DNA of 64,000 bases from a virus. Its lineage: Duplodnaviria; Caudoviricetes. Location of the stretch: positions 9,024-73,023 of the IMG/VR virus record IMGVR_UViG_3300030109_003595; one strand, given 5' to 3'. The notes beneath the pieces were generated by a model. It did no database searches. It saw only the letters and a program-made list of their open reading frames with translations, and was not told the origin of the DNA. Made by a program: the position numbers and the translations under genes. Below are positions 18,081-28,600 of this stretch, piece after piece (within the stretch, counting starts at the first letter, position 1; the number at the start of each line of letters is the position of its first letter).

Positions 18081-20867
18081 TTATGCTGCCATCCCTATCC
18101 ATGCTATCTCTGTTGTGAAGTTCTTAGGATTACCACCTATCTGGTTGTAGTTCAGAGTCAGTCTCACGTTATCCCCGTTTATGTCTATGGTATGAGTGCC
18201 GACGACATCAGCACCGTGATTCACAGTGGCGTATGCGGTTCTGTACACCGTACCACTACTCTGTCCGTTGTGAGTGAATGCCACTTCTGTGAACTCGAAG
18301 GCGGTGTCGTCGTCTGTCGTCTTCGTTGATATGAATAGTTTGCAGCCTCTGAACTGCGTTCTCGTGAATAGAGTGTGCACTGCGTTGGATGATGATGAGC
18401 CTGTGAGTGTGACGCTCTCAACACCCACCTTGTCTATCTGTAGTTGGGTAATTGGACTTGTCTGGTTGATACCCACTTTGTCAGTAGAGGTATTGACGAA
18501 CAGGACACCACTGTCTATGTTCATGTCAGCAGAGCCTGTAATTGTGGTTGCAGCCACTGTGCCTGATGACAGGTTACCAGTGAGATTGGCGTTGATTGTA
18601 CCTTTAGTGCCGCTGAACACGTTAGAGGAGTTGGTAGCAGCAGTCAGGAAGGTGAAGTTAGCAGCGTCCTCGTCATATCCGAAGAATCCGATTCTGGCTT
18701 GTGAGTCGTAGTACCTGAACTCAATGCCCTTGTCCTTGTTGTCATTGCTGCCCGGAGCAGTATCTCCACCAAGAGTGAGTATTATGTTGTCCGTGGTCAT
18801 GGTGGTACTGTTGATTGTAGTGGTAGTGCCGTTGACTGTGAGGTCACCACCAATCACCACCTCACCAGCGAGCGTGGTCTTCTGCGCTGAGTTTATGGTG
18901 AGAGCAGTGGTGAGTGATGTGCCGTTGTGGGTGCTCAGGATGAGTTTACCCTTGGTATCGTCGGCAGAGCCATCGTGACTGCCCTGTATTTGTGATAGAT
19001 GTGCGTTTGTGTGGTCCTCGAAGATTATGGTGCTCTCAGCACCACCATCGTTGTTCTCAGCCACGCTGTTCTTGAGTGTGATTATAGGACCGTCTGCCGT
19101 TATCTGCAACTGCGTGCCCGGAGTGGTGTCCCCTATGCCCAATCTAGCAGCGCCACCCAGTATGAGGTCATCCTGACTCTCATCCCATAGCATGTAAGAG
19201 CCAGAGGTAGCACCGAAGAACTTGACATCGTAGCCAGTGTCATCCACACCGACAGTCACAGGGCCGTCTATGTCCAAGGTTGATGTCACGAAGAAGGTGT
19301 CAGTGGATGCATCCCAGTGGATGAACTTGGAAGCGGTATCTCCGAATGCCTTGAAGTCTATTCCGTAGTCATTCGCCCCTAGCACCAGTGAGCCGTTGGT
19401 AGCGTCGTCATGTGTCCACTTAGCGCCGACGTTATTGGCTGTGGCTGAGTGCAGCAGCAGGTCAGCGCCGTTGCCAGAAGCACCAACGTTGAGCGTAGCA
19501 CTAGCGAAAGTGAGGAGAGACTGTGCATCTAATTCGGTTGTCGTACTACCGACAGTCACCAACTCGTTCGCAGTTGCGTCGTTCAAGGCACTGACAGCAC
19601 CAGTGCCACTGGTTGATGCGTTGATGAGAACGGACCACTTGGGGTTGCTGCTGCTGTTGTTGCGAATGATGATGGCGCTTTGCCCACCAGTGATTTGGTA
19701 ATTCAGAGCGCTACCACCGATTGTGTCGAAGTTGACTGGGTGACCGCTCGATGCGTTGGTGTTCCTGATGTACACTATCGAGCCGGGTGCGAACTCGTTG
19801 CTGGTGTTGTCTGGGTTGAGTGTGCATCCAGAGGCGCTTGGTGCGATGATGAAGATGTTAGGGCCGTCGTGCGTGAAGTGATTGACACCAGAGGGTGTGC
19901 CTGTGTATATCCTGTCAGGAGCGAGCCTGAGGGTTTTCGGTGTGCCGTCTGACTCATGCGATGCGAAGAAGAGTACATCGTCTCCTATATCGCCTAGCCT
20001 AGTCCCGCCACCAGTCACCTTGTCTGTGGAGTGCGACATCCATATCGCACCGAATGGCGAGTCGGAGAAGTCACCGCCCTCGGTGTGTAGTGCATCGAGG
20101 TCCGTGTGGCTGTTGATTGAGTTGGCAGAGTCCTTGTTCTTCGGTATGCCCTTGGTGAGGGGAGTGATGAACATCGGAGATGGTTTGAGGAAGACCCTCT
20201 TGTCATTTATCTCTGTGATTCTTATGGCTAGGGTATTAGCACCAGCGACCGTGCCTGTCTCGAATATGGCTCTCACTGTGGCTAGGACTATGGTGTCCTT
20301 GACCGATGTGCTAGTGCCGTCGTCTATGAGGTAGGTGTTGGGTGATGAGGGGTACACCCCAGTCCCCGTATCGACTAGGCTGCTCTGTTGGAATCTGATG
20401 TGCTTGGTGCTGCTTGAGTCATTGGCGTTCACGAATATGGTGAACAAGCACTCCTTGCCGCTGGTCAGGGCATTGGTAGTCCCTGTTTTGTTAGCACTGC
20501 CGGAAGTGAGGTCTATCGTGATGTCATCTGGAGTCCCGTCTGTGTCGTAGCCATCAGCGAAGGCGTACATGCTACCATCCAGTATGGCGTACCCACCCTG
20601 TATCACTATCTGATGTGCGTTGGAATTGTGCTTCGTCACTGCTCCGGGCAGGAAGTCCGGGTCGTTCCTGTTAGTGCCGCTGACCGCACCACCCTCAAGC
20701 ATGAGTATGCCGTTGCCATGCACGCCCTCCAGTATGTTGGTGAATGATGCTGATAGTATCTGGTCGCCGTCTCTGAGACCATCAACGGCTCTCCCTTGGC
20801 TTGCACTCAATGAGGTGTTGTAGTTAGCCGCTGTGTGTCCTGAAAGTGGATTGCCTGTCGTTCCCAT
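18081..20867 (-). CDS. Proximal tail fibre / baseplate-anchored structural protein (928 aa)
   Basis: GDLTVNGTTTTINST motif, LGIGDTTP junction, C-terminal FRGCK...TAYATV domain. Confidence 0.8.
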   Translation of the reverse strand: MGTTGNPLSGHTAANYNTSLSASQGRAVDGLRDGDQILSASFTNILEGVHGNGILMLEGGAVSGTNRNDPDFLPGAVTKHNSNAHQIVIQGGYAILDGSMYAFADGYDTDGTPDDITIDLTSGSANKTGTTNALTSGKECLFTIFVNANDSSSTKHIRFQQSSLVDTGTGVYPSSPNTYLIDDGTSTSVKDTIVLATVRAIFETGTVAGANTLAIRITEINDKRVFLKPSPMFITPLTKGIPKNKDSANSINSHTDLDALHTEGGDFSDSPFGAIWMSHSTDKVTGGGTRLGDIGDDVLFFASHESDGTPKTLRLAPDRIYTGTPSGVNHFTHDGPNIFIIAPSASGCTLNPDNTSNEFAPGSIVYIRNTNASSGHPVNFDTIGGSALNYQITGGQSAIIIRNNSSSNPKWSVLINASTSGTGAVSALNDATANELVTVGSTTTELDAQSLLTFASATLNVGASGNGADLLLHSATANNVGAKWTHDDATNGSLVLGANDYGIDFKAFGDTASKFIHWDASTDTFFVTSTLDIDGPVTVGVDDTGYDVKFFGATSGSYMLWDESQDDLILGGAARLGIGDTTPGTQLQITADGPIITLKNSVAENNDGGAESTIIFEDHTNAHLSQIQGSHDGSADDTKGKLILSTHNGTSLTTALTINSAQKTTLAGEVVIGGDLTVNGTTTTINSTTMTTDNIILTLGGDTAPGSNDNKDKGIEFRYYDSQARIGFFGYDEDAANFTFLTAATNSSNVFSGTKGTINANLTGNLSSGTVAATTITGSADMNIDSGVLFVNTSTDKVGINQTSPITQLQIDKVGVESVTLTGSSSSNAVHTLFTRTQFRGCKLFISTKTTDDDTAFEFTEVAFTHNGQSSGTVYRTAYATVNHGADVVGTHTIDINGDNVRLTLNYNQIGGNPKNFTTEIAWIGMAA

Positions 20868-21211
20868 TACCTCACCTCTATCAATAGTTGAATCTTCACT
20901 TCATTTCCGCTTGTCTTAGTCACCGGGCTTATTACATGTCGTGAGACAGGAACGAAATCGCTCGTCCCCCTCAACTGTATGAATACCTCCTTGAGGGGTT
21001 CGGAGAAAGAATGTTCCGTTCCGAGAGTGCCCTCGACCATCAAAGTGGAGTCGTCTATGACTGTCACCGTAGGGGTGATTGTGACAGCAGGCCTACCAGC
21101 AGCACCATCCGATGCTGTGGCTGGTGTACCGTCGAATCCTAGTATCATCTCATTGATGTTAGACGCTATTGTATCTAGCATCAACCTCTTCATGTAATCA
21201 CTTGCTGGCAT
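20867..21211 (-). CDS. Small tail/baseplate protein (fibre-attachment-like)
   Basis: Coupled by stop/start overlaps between the hub-like gene and the fibre genes; beta-rich composition. Confidence 0.55.
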   Translation of the reverse strand: MPASDYMKRLMLDTIASNINEMILGFDGTPATASDGAAGRPAVTITPTVTVIDDSTLMVEGTLGTEHSFSEPLKEVFIQLRGTSDFVPVSRHVISPVTKTSGNEVKIQLLIEVR

Positions 21212-22647
21212 CACTCTCCACCTCTTACGCTTACTTCGCTAAACTTCGACATTCCAATCACCTTAGTAGTCCCTGCTTTCCCTATAGTAGCCCTCCCAGC
21301 AGCCCTGCCGATTGCAAACTTGGAATTGAGGCTTTCTACAACTCTCACTGTTATTATGGGAATAGTCATTATTTCAAACGAGGAGAACAGGGACAGATTC
21401 TTCTCAGTCTGCTGGCTTATCGTATCTGGGTTGTCGCCTGATGAAGAGGCCATCATTCCTTCGCTGATACCTTGTAGCACACCCTCCACACCAGTCTGCA
21501 CGGATATGAAGTTCATGTCCGTCAATCTGGATGATAGGATGTGTCTGGATTCTGTGATTAGTTTCTTCTCTCCCTTGTAGGACACCACCTTTCCGGGTCT
21601 CAAGTCCCAAGCGTCTGGGTGACCACTGCTTCTCAATGAGCCTTGCTCTAGGGAGTTGGCCTTGAGAATCTGCCTCGCCACTCTCTTAGCGGCAGCGTTG
21701 GTCTTCACCGTGGCATCGAAGATTGGTGTGACTGTCTCCTGCACGTCTGTGTCGAACTTGCCCTGTTGTCTCTCAGCATCGTCTACAGTGACCGATGCAC
21801 TCTCGTTCTTCGCTAGGGGTATGCCTTGGATTGATATTCTGTTCTCATTGTGGGAGGATGGGTTGGTTTCCTCATTGCCCTGCCTCATGCCCGCATCTAG
21901 GAATCTGGTGGATGTGGTGAATGTGAATGGGGTGTACATGAGATTGGCGAATCTGTCGAAGTAGATGATATTACCATCATGACGTGATGAGAACTTCAGC
22001 GCTGATATGAGAGGCACGCCGTAGAAATCCTCTGCTAGGAACTTGTTAGTGTGCTTTCTCCTAGCGCTGTTGGTGTTCGCTGCGTGTCTCAACGAGCCTA
22101 TCTGCACAGATGTGAGAGTGGATGCCACGTCAGTCCCCAACCTCATTGCCAAGTCGCTAGTTCTTAAGCCAACATCAATCGGGTCTCCTAGGTGAACTGT
22201 CCGGCCTTGGAAGCCTATGTTCTTGAGACTCCTTCCCTTCATATTCTTCATGTTGATTTTGACTCCCTCCGTAGATGACTCTGCTGTGGATAGAGTGAGT
22301 CTGTCTGATGTATCCTCACCACTGTACATCAATATGGGGAGATTCGACGTGGATGATATCACACCGCTCTCATAGAATGGTGCTGCTGTGCTGGTGTGAC
22401 CGGGTACACTCACATGCGATAGTTGCACTGAGGACTCACCTTCGACCAATTCGTACCTCTTCTCGCTGAATACGTTGTATGTTGCGTTGTTCCTGTTCTC
22501 TATGGTTATCTTGTGCTTGTGGTCAGACTGAGATTCTAAGAGAGCGTGATGCACTGCGTTGTCCACGAACACAGGTTTTCTCACATGCTTCATCGCCTCG
22601 TTGACGGTATCAGTGAACTTGCCTGTGCTTGCTAGTAGTTTGGTCAT
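21211..22647 (-). CDS. Baseplate hub / tail-tip-like protein (478 aa)
   Basis: C-terminal IYFDRFANLMY...GHPDAWDLRPGKVV...ITESRH pattern resembles hub (gp27/late-control-D-like) proteins; gene position agrees. Confidence 0.5.
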   Translation of the reverse strand: MTKLLASTGKFTDTVNEAMKHVRKPVFVDNAVHHALLESQSDHKHKITIENRNNATYNVFSEKRYELVEGESSVQLSHVSVPGHTSTAAPFYESGVISSTSNLPILMYSGEDTSDRLTLSTAESSTEGVKINMKNMKGRSLKNIGFQGRTVHLGDPIDVGLRTSDLAMRLGTDVASTLTSVQIGSLRHAANTNSARRKHTNKFLAEDFYGVPLISALKFSSRHDGNIIYFDRFANLMYTPFTFTTSTRFLDAGMRQGNEETNPSSHNENRISIQGIPLAKNESASVTVDDAERQQGKFDTDVQETVTPIFDATVKTNAAAKRVARQILKANSLEQGSLRSSGHPDAWDLRPGKVVSYKGEKKLITESRHILSSRLTDMNFISVQTGVEGVLQGISEGMMASSSGDNPDTISQQTEKNLSLFSSFEIMTIPIITVRVVESLNSKFAIGRAAGRATIGKAGTTKVIGMSKFSEVSVRGGE

Positions 22648-25600
22648 GCTGCATCACCACTGTGGTTGCTTACGTTGAAGGACACATCACCTTTGTGTCC
22701 CTTGGGGTGCAGAGACTGGCTGAATCTGGGCTTGACGCTGTAGTCCAACCTTCTCACTATCTGATTGGATTCTTCTATCTGTCTCCTTCTAGATGCGTCT
22801 GCTCTGTAATGCTGTAGGGTGTTCTCGCTTATTATCATCCTAGTCACTGGGCTTGTTATTGTGGTCTTGTCGAAACCTGTGGTCTCTGTTCCCAGTATCT
22901 TAGGCCCTTTGGATGTGGGTGTGGTGGCACTGCTATTGCTCATGAACACCACAGGTACGTATGGTCCGTTGGTGTCTGGTGCTGTGCTCCTTGGGAAGTT
23001 GTCTGAAGCCACTCTAGGTGTGGGTGTTTCGTATGTGAACAGACCGTACTTACCACCACCGGATGCTCTGAAGAAGTTAGAAGCAGGCTGTGGTGTGTTG
23101 CCTGCTACGGACGGTACTGGTCTGAACATCTCCACATGCTGCTTGTCCAACACACGGACGGGTCGTAGCAACCACTTCACGCTCTGGTCCTTCTGGTTGT
23201 TCTTCACAGTGTTCCTGCTGAAGTCGGTGTTCTGATACGGGTTGGTTGTCTTAGCACCACCTGATACACCATCCAGTCCCCACCCTGTGTCATCGAAGAA
23301 AGAGCCGTAACTCTTTGTCTCCAGCACGTAACTACCGCCTAGTGGATTTACGTTGCTAGTGTGACTGAACCTGAGCACGCTGTTCATGTGTCCGTTGAAT
23401 GCAGCGGTCGTCAGGTCCAAGTCACCAAGAGTCTGAGTGTTCGCCACCAGAGCACCGTGCAGCACTGTCCTCTGTCCTACACCTCTGTCTGTGTGTAGGC
23501 TATGTGCTTCGGTGTTGATTGCAATGTGGTCCTTCTCAAGACCCTCCATGTTCTCAGCGTCAATGCCTATCCTAGGGGTGCTTCTGCTGATTGCGTCTTT
23601 GTGTGGTGATGTGCCTACTATCTGCTCTACCCTGTCGCTGACCACTGCATCTGGCTTGAGTAGGCCGTCTTCCTCTATCTCCAGTCTAGCGCTGATTCCC
23701 CTTGGAATCTCATCGGCTTGCAGTACGTCGTTACGGGGGCGTAACAAGCCCGTTACGGCTGGTGGTTCTGCTGTGTTGTGACTCAGCACGACACCAGTGG
23801 AGTGCACAGGCTCTGACAACTCCGTGAGTATGTCCTCGTTGAATTGGCTGGGGTATCTCACTCCCCTGCCGTTGCCCATGTCCCCTACTCTCATGGAGTG
23901 CGTAGGGGCGAACACATCGACCAACTCTGTGCTGCTACCACTCAGAGATTGAGTACCACCCAATCTAGGTGCGTCACCAGTTCTCTCTCCTGAGGAGTTT
24001 ATCACACCAAGGACATCGAATATGGGTTTGCCGTTGTTGAATATCCTAGCATGGGGCGACCTGTTGTTGGTTCTGTCATACTCGTATGCATCTCCGCAGT
24101 CCCATGCTGGTCTGATACCGAATCCACGCACTGGAGCACGCCTTACGTCCTCTCCACGCTCATTGCCCCACCAATCTACCAGATAGTACTGAGCGGCCTC
24201 TGTGAGGCTGTATACACCCTTCCCTAGTATATCGCCCCACCAGTCCCTGCCTTGGTTGTTATTGGCTACCAATGTTCTCAGTGGTGCTCCGAACGGTCTG
24301 GTCATCCTCCTGCCGTCGCTGTACCTCACTTGGTATTCGGGTCTGTCTGCTGCGAGCATACCAGCGAAGTTGGTCTGCCTCTCCATGATACCGACGTATG
24401 TCGTTGACAGAGGAACGTTAGACTGCGACGTATCTCCACCGATGTACGTCCATGTGGAGGCAGGCATATGCACCAATGGTCCTGCAACGTAGTCAGTGGT
24501 GTACTGAGTCTCTGATGTGTTGTCATCCTCCAGTTTGCCCCTGCCGGGCAGTATGCCGTATGTCGGCTTGTTGTACACCTGTCTCAGGGATATTCTCCAC
24601 CCGTATGAGTAGCGGTTGGCATCATGCGAACTACTCATCGTATCGAACGTGATGCCACTGCTGGCCATGGCATAACTTGAGTTGGCCGTATCCTCGTCCT
24701 TCCAGAAGTAGAAGTCGTTTGCAGCGTATTTACGGGGTATTGACCATGATACGCTCGCTTCGGTATACAGGTCGAGACGACTCACCAGAGGTCCACCACG
24801 GCTACCACACGGCCAGAACTTGCTGTACATCACCTTCTGGCTATCCAGTGTAGTACCACCCTGCGCCTCGTATCCAGAGAGTGCCTCTATTGCCGCTCCT
24901 GTGGCTGAAACGCCTGTTTTCGTGTCTGGGTTAGCAGACTTAATCCTCAGTGATAGAGGACCTAAACTCATCGCATACACCGAATCATGGTAGTGTATGC
25001 TCTCGAAATGCTCAGGTAGGCTGTTGTATGGCTTCTTGTCCACCGCCCTATCACTGGTTGGGTTGTTGAAAGTACGTGAACTATCCGAGTAGAATGTATA
25101 TGGTCTTCCCAAATTACTATTCCACATACATAGATATGCATCGGGTATATGTAAATTAGTTGTATCTCTAGTACCTTTTTCTAATTGTGAAAGTACTTTT
25201 GTAAATATACTACTATTAGTATCTGTAAATACATTCTTGGAACTGTATATGTCATATGGTTGTGATAATCTAATGACTGTACCTTCTGTTAGATTGTCCC
25301 AGAATGGCCCAGAAACGACGTTTGACTGTAGTTTATCTGGTTTGTTAATTGCGTTTAACTGCAATCCTGAGCGTCTTGTGTATGCTAATGTCTGTCTAAT
25401 ACCATTAGAATCTGTATATTCCAGCACTTCTGCATATTGTGGAGTCTCTGGGAATCTACTTGCGTCATCTACAGTGATTGTTCTATACCCATTTGCTGTA
25501 CTTTGAATACTTTTCACTATACATTTTGCATTTAGAGATGTATTTTGTAATATATGTGAATATATATTTGGATATATTGAAGGATATCCTGCAATTGTTA

Positions 25601-28600
25601 ATTGTACTCCTATACTTCCGAAGGTACTTCTCTTCATATGGTAGTAGTTATCTGGGCGATGAAGCGCTATATGTTTGAAGTTGTTAGAGGAACTGTCGTC
25701 TGGAGCGACCTTGTGGATGAACGACCACCAAGGTGTGCTGACTGTGTATCCGGGCGTGGCATTCCTGAACTGGCCCGGTGTGTATGGTAGTGCTCTACGT
25801 GTGAAAACGGGTGACTCCGTGCCCTCTACGCCGAATTGATTGTACAATAGCAGAGGTGGGATGTTAGTGAATTGGCTGCCGTGGTCTGGGTTGATGTCTA
25901 TCATTGCTTCATTGATGAATATCTCACAGCCTCTGACATCAGCCTGCGTAGCCTGTGCTAGAATCAGGGAAACCGTGCCTAGAGTGTTGTTTGCTGCTTT
26001 CCTGCCTATCACTGTATGTACCTGCTGGCTAGTCAGGGATTGGGTGGAAGCACCTACGTCTGTGTGGAAGCCCACCAACTGCGTGGAGAAAGTGTTGGGT
26101 TGTATCACAATCTGGTATGCACCTACCTCAGCGGGGTCTGGAAAGTTCTTCCCTAGAGTGTAGTAGTATGCGGATTCCAGCACTATGGTGTGTCCACCTG
26201 CTTTGTTCACTGCACCGGCGTGTGTTCCTGTAGATGCGAGAATACCGTAACCATCATATTTGATACCGGTCTCGAACATAAGCGTAAACGCACCTCCATG
26301 GATATCGCTGGGCAGCGATGGAGCGGCGTTTACACCACTGAATGATAACTCAGGGTCATGCACGTTGAACTGGTCCGTCACGGTTGATGCCAAGTCACCC
26401 ATCACGCTAGTGGCAGTCACACTATCAGCCAGTATGTTCTTGTCAGCAAAGCCTCGCAGTGATGCGTTTTCTGCTTTGTGTCTCGTGAATAGGCTTTGGT
26501 AAACAGGATGTGCCCAGTGACCGGGGAGCATCGGCATAGTCGGTGTGACGAAGTGATGACCCATGCGTGGTAGCGGCATTGGTGTCAGTACCTGCTTGTT
26601 GTAGATGTTGTATGCTAGGGTGTTGGCATTGACAGTACCGTATGTTCCTGAGAGGTATTCCGTCTTCGCCATGTCCGGTGAGTTGCCGCTTACTTCTGCG
26701 TGGTCACGTAGCCTCCTTGATGCGAAGAAGCGGTTGCTACCGGCTGGAATGTAGTATGACGGTGAGATGTTGATTGTAGTTGAGGCTGGTGGGTTCGCTG
26801 CTAGGAAGACGGTGAAATCCACATCTCCTACCACTCCTGTGAACGTGCTTCCGCTGATTCCTGTGTAAGAAACTACCACCGAGTCAGTGGTTGTAGCAAG
26901 GCGTAGGAAGCGTCTGTTGTCGCTTACCTCCTTAGTTCCGAATCCAGCAGAGAACACATCGGTGTTAGTAGAGGGCATCAGTACTGAAGCATTGGCAGTC
27001 AACGTAGTACCGCTGAAACTGCTGACTGTGAGTGAGCGGGACTCTATTCCATTTGCGTGTGTGTATACTGTTGGATACCTCTCAGTGCTGCTGTGTCCCA
27101 TCTTAGTCACATGGAAGTACAGTGTCCTGTCATGCTGCTCATAACTGGTTTGCAGAGGTGCGCTGTTGGTCGCTTCCTTCCAACCAGCATTGGTACTGTC
27201 CTTGGTCAGCACGTCGATGTGCTCCCAGTTGTGGTCCTCGTATGTAGGGCCTGTGCGTGGACTGGACACCGAGTTGTCGAATAGATTTCCTATGTAGTTC
27301 TCGTTGAGGTCTGGGTGTATCATGCCTCCAGAACCCATAGTCTCGTTCTGGTAAGCCTGTAGCCTGTCGAACCCTGACCTTACCACGATGTTGCCGGGTA
27401 TGGAGTTGGGGTCAGGCAACTGTATCTTGAGGTTGGGTGCTACGTCGCTGTTGGCCAGAGCAGGGGACATCCCCTTCGTTTGCCTGTCCGTGACCTTCCT
27501 GAAGCCACGTATGATTGTACCCAGAGGACTGCCGCCCTCAAGCACGTGCTCCTGTCCTGAGTCGTCAGTGACGGTCATCTCACCGAACTGCATCTCCTCG
27601 TTGGGTATCTCCAAGACGTTCTGTATGTTGAGTGGGAACTTGGATGCGAGTTGGGGGTGATTCAACTCCTGTGCCTGTAGCACTGGTAGCATGGCGCTGT
27701 TGGTGGTCTCGAACGTGAATCTCACGTTGCCGAATATCTTCTCACCCATGGTGTAGGCGTTGTTGCCACTCACCCTGTTTACGAAGGGAACAGCGCCCAG
27801 ACCACGTGCATTGATTGCTGGTAGTGATAGATTACCACCATCCATCCTCTTCCACACTATGTGCTCTATCGAGAAGTTCTTCGCTGCTGACCTCTTGTAC
27901 AGGTCGTATGCATTCACATCACCGACCCAGAAGTCGTCGTGTGATGGTGTACCACTGTCATCGTATAACTGTGTGAAGTCCTCACCACTACTACCACCAA
28001 TACCATTACCGTATAGGTCGGCTGCGACGTTTCTCTCAACCCCTGTCTCCTCAAGGAAGAATGAGCCTACTGAGTGGTCTAGGTCGAATATCAGGTCTCC
28101 TGTCTTGTGCAGGCTTGGTATGGCGTTCTCAAGAGTGGAGTTGTTCGCAGTACCGTGCAGGAAGTACTCCGCATCGAAGGTAGTGTCCAGTGTGTGGTTC
28201 GTTGTGTAGTTGCTGACGGTCTTCACAGTAGGTGTGGTGTGTACCATCGCTTCTACGTTAGGACCTGCGTTCGCTGGTGCTATGAATCGGTCCTGACCGT
28301 GGAATCGCTCATCCCATCTCGTAGTGCCAGCATAGTGAATGGGGTTGGCTACACTGTTAGCGGCAGCACCTTTGACTTGCAACCAGTCACCTAGACCTGT
28401 GATGCCATCCCTGTCGTACTTAGCCACAAGAGCACTCTCACACTCGTAACTCACCACTATGAATGCCCTGCCAAACACCCCCTGTGGGTGTGTCATGAAG
28501 TCAGGTAGAGTGGTGTCGATGTATGTGGGAGGCTTGGTGTGTATGGTGTGAGGAGCATCAGAGGTGTCGTGTGCAATCGTGTAAGTAGCCTGACTGTCGC

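Noticed and set aside
23730-23756. Short hairpins GTTACG-GGGG-CGTAAC inside the giant gene
   Set aside because: A 6-bp stem in coding sequence is expected by chance.
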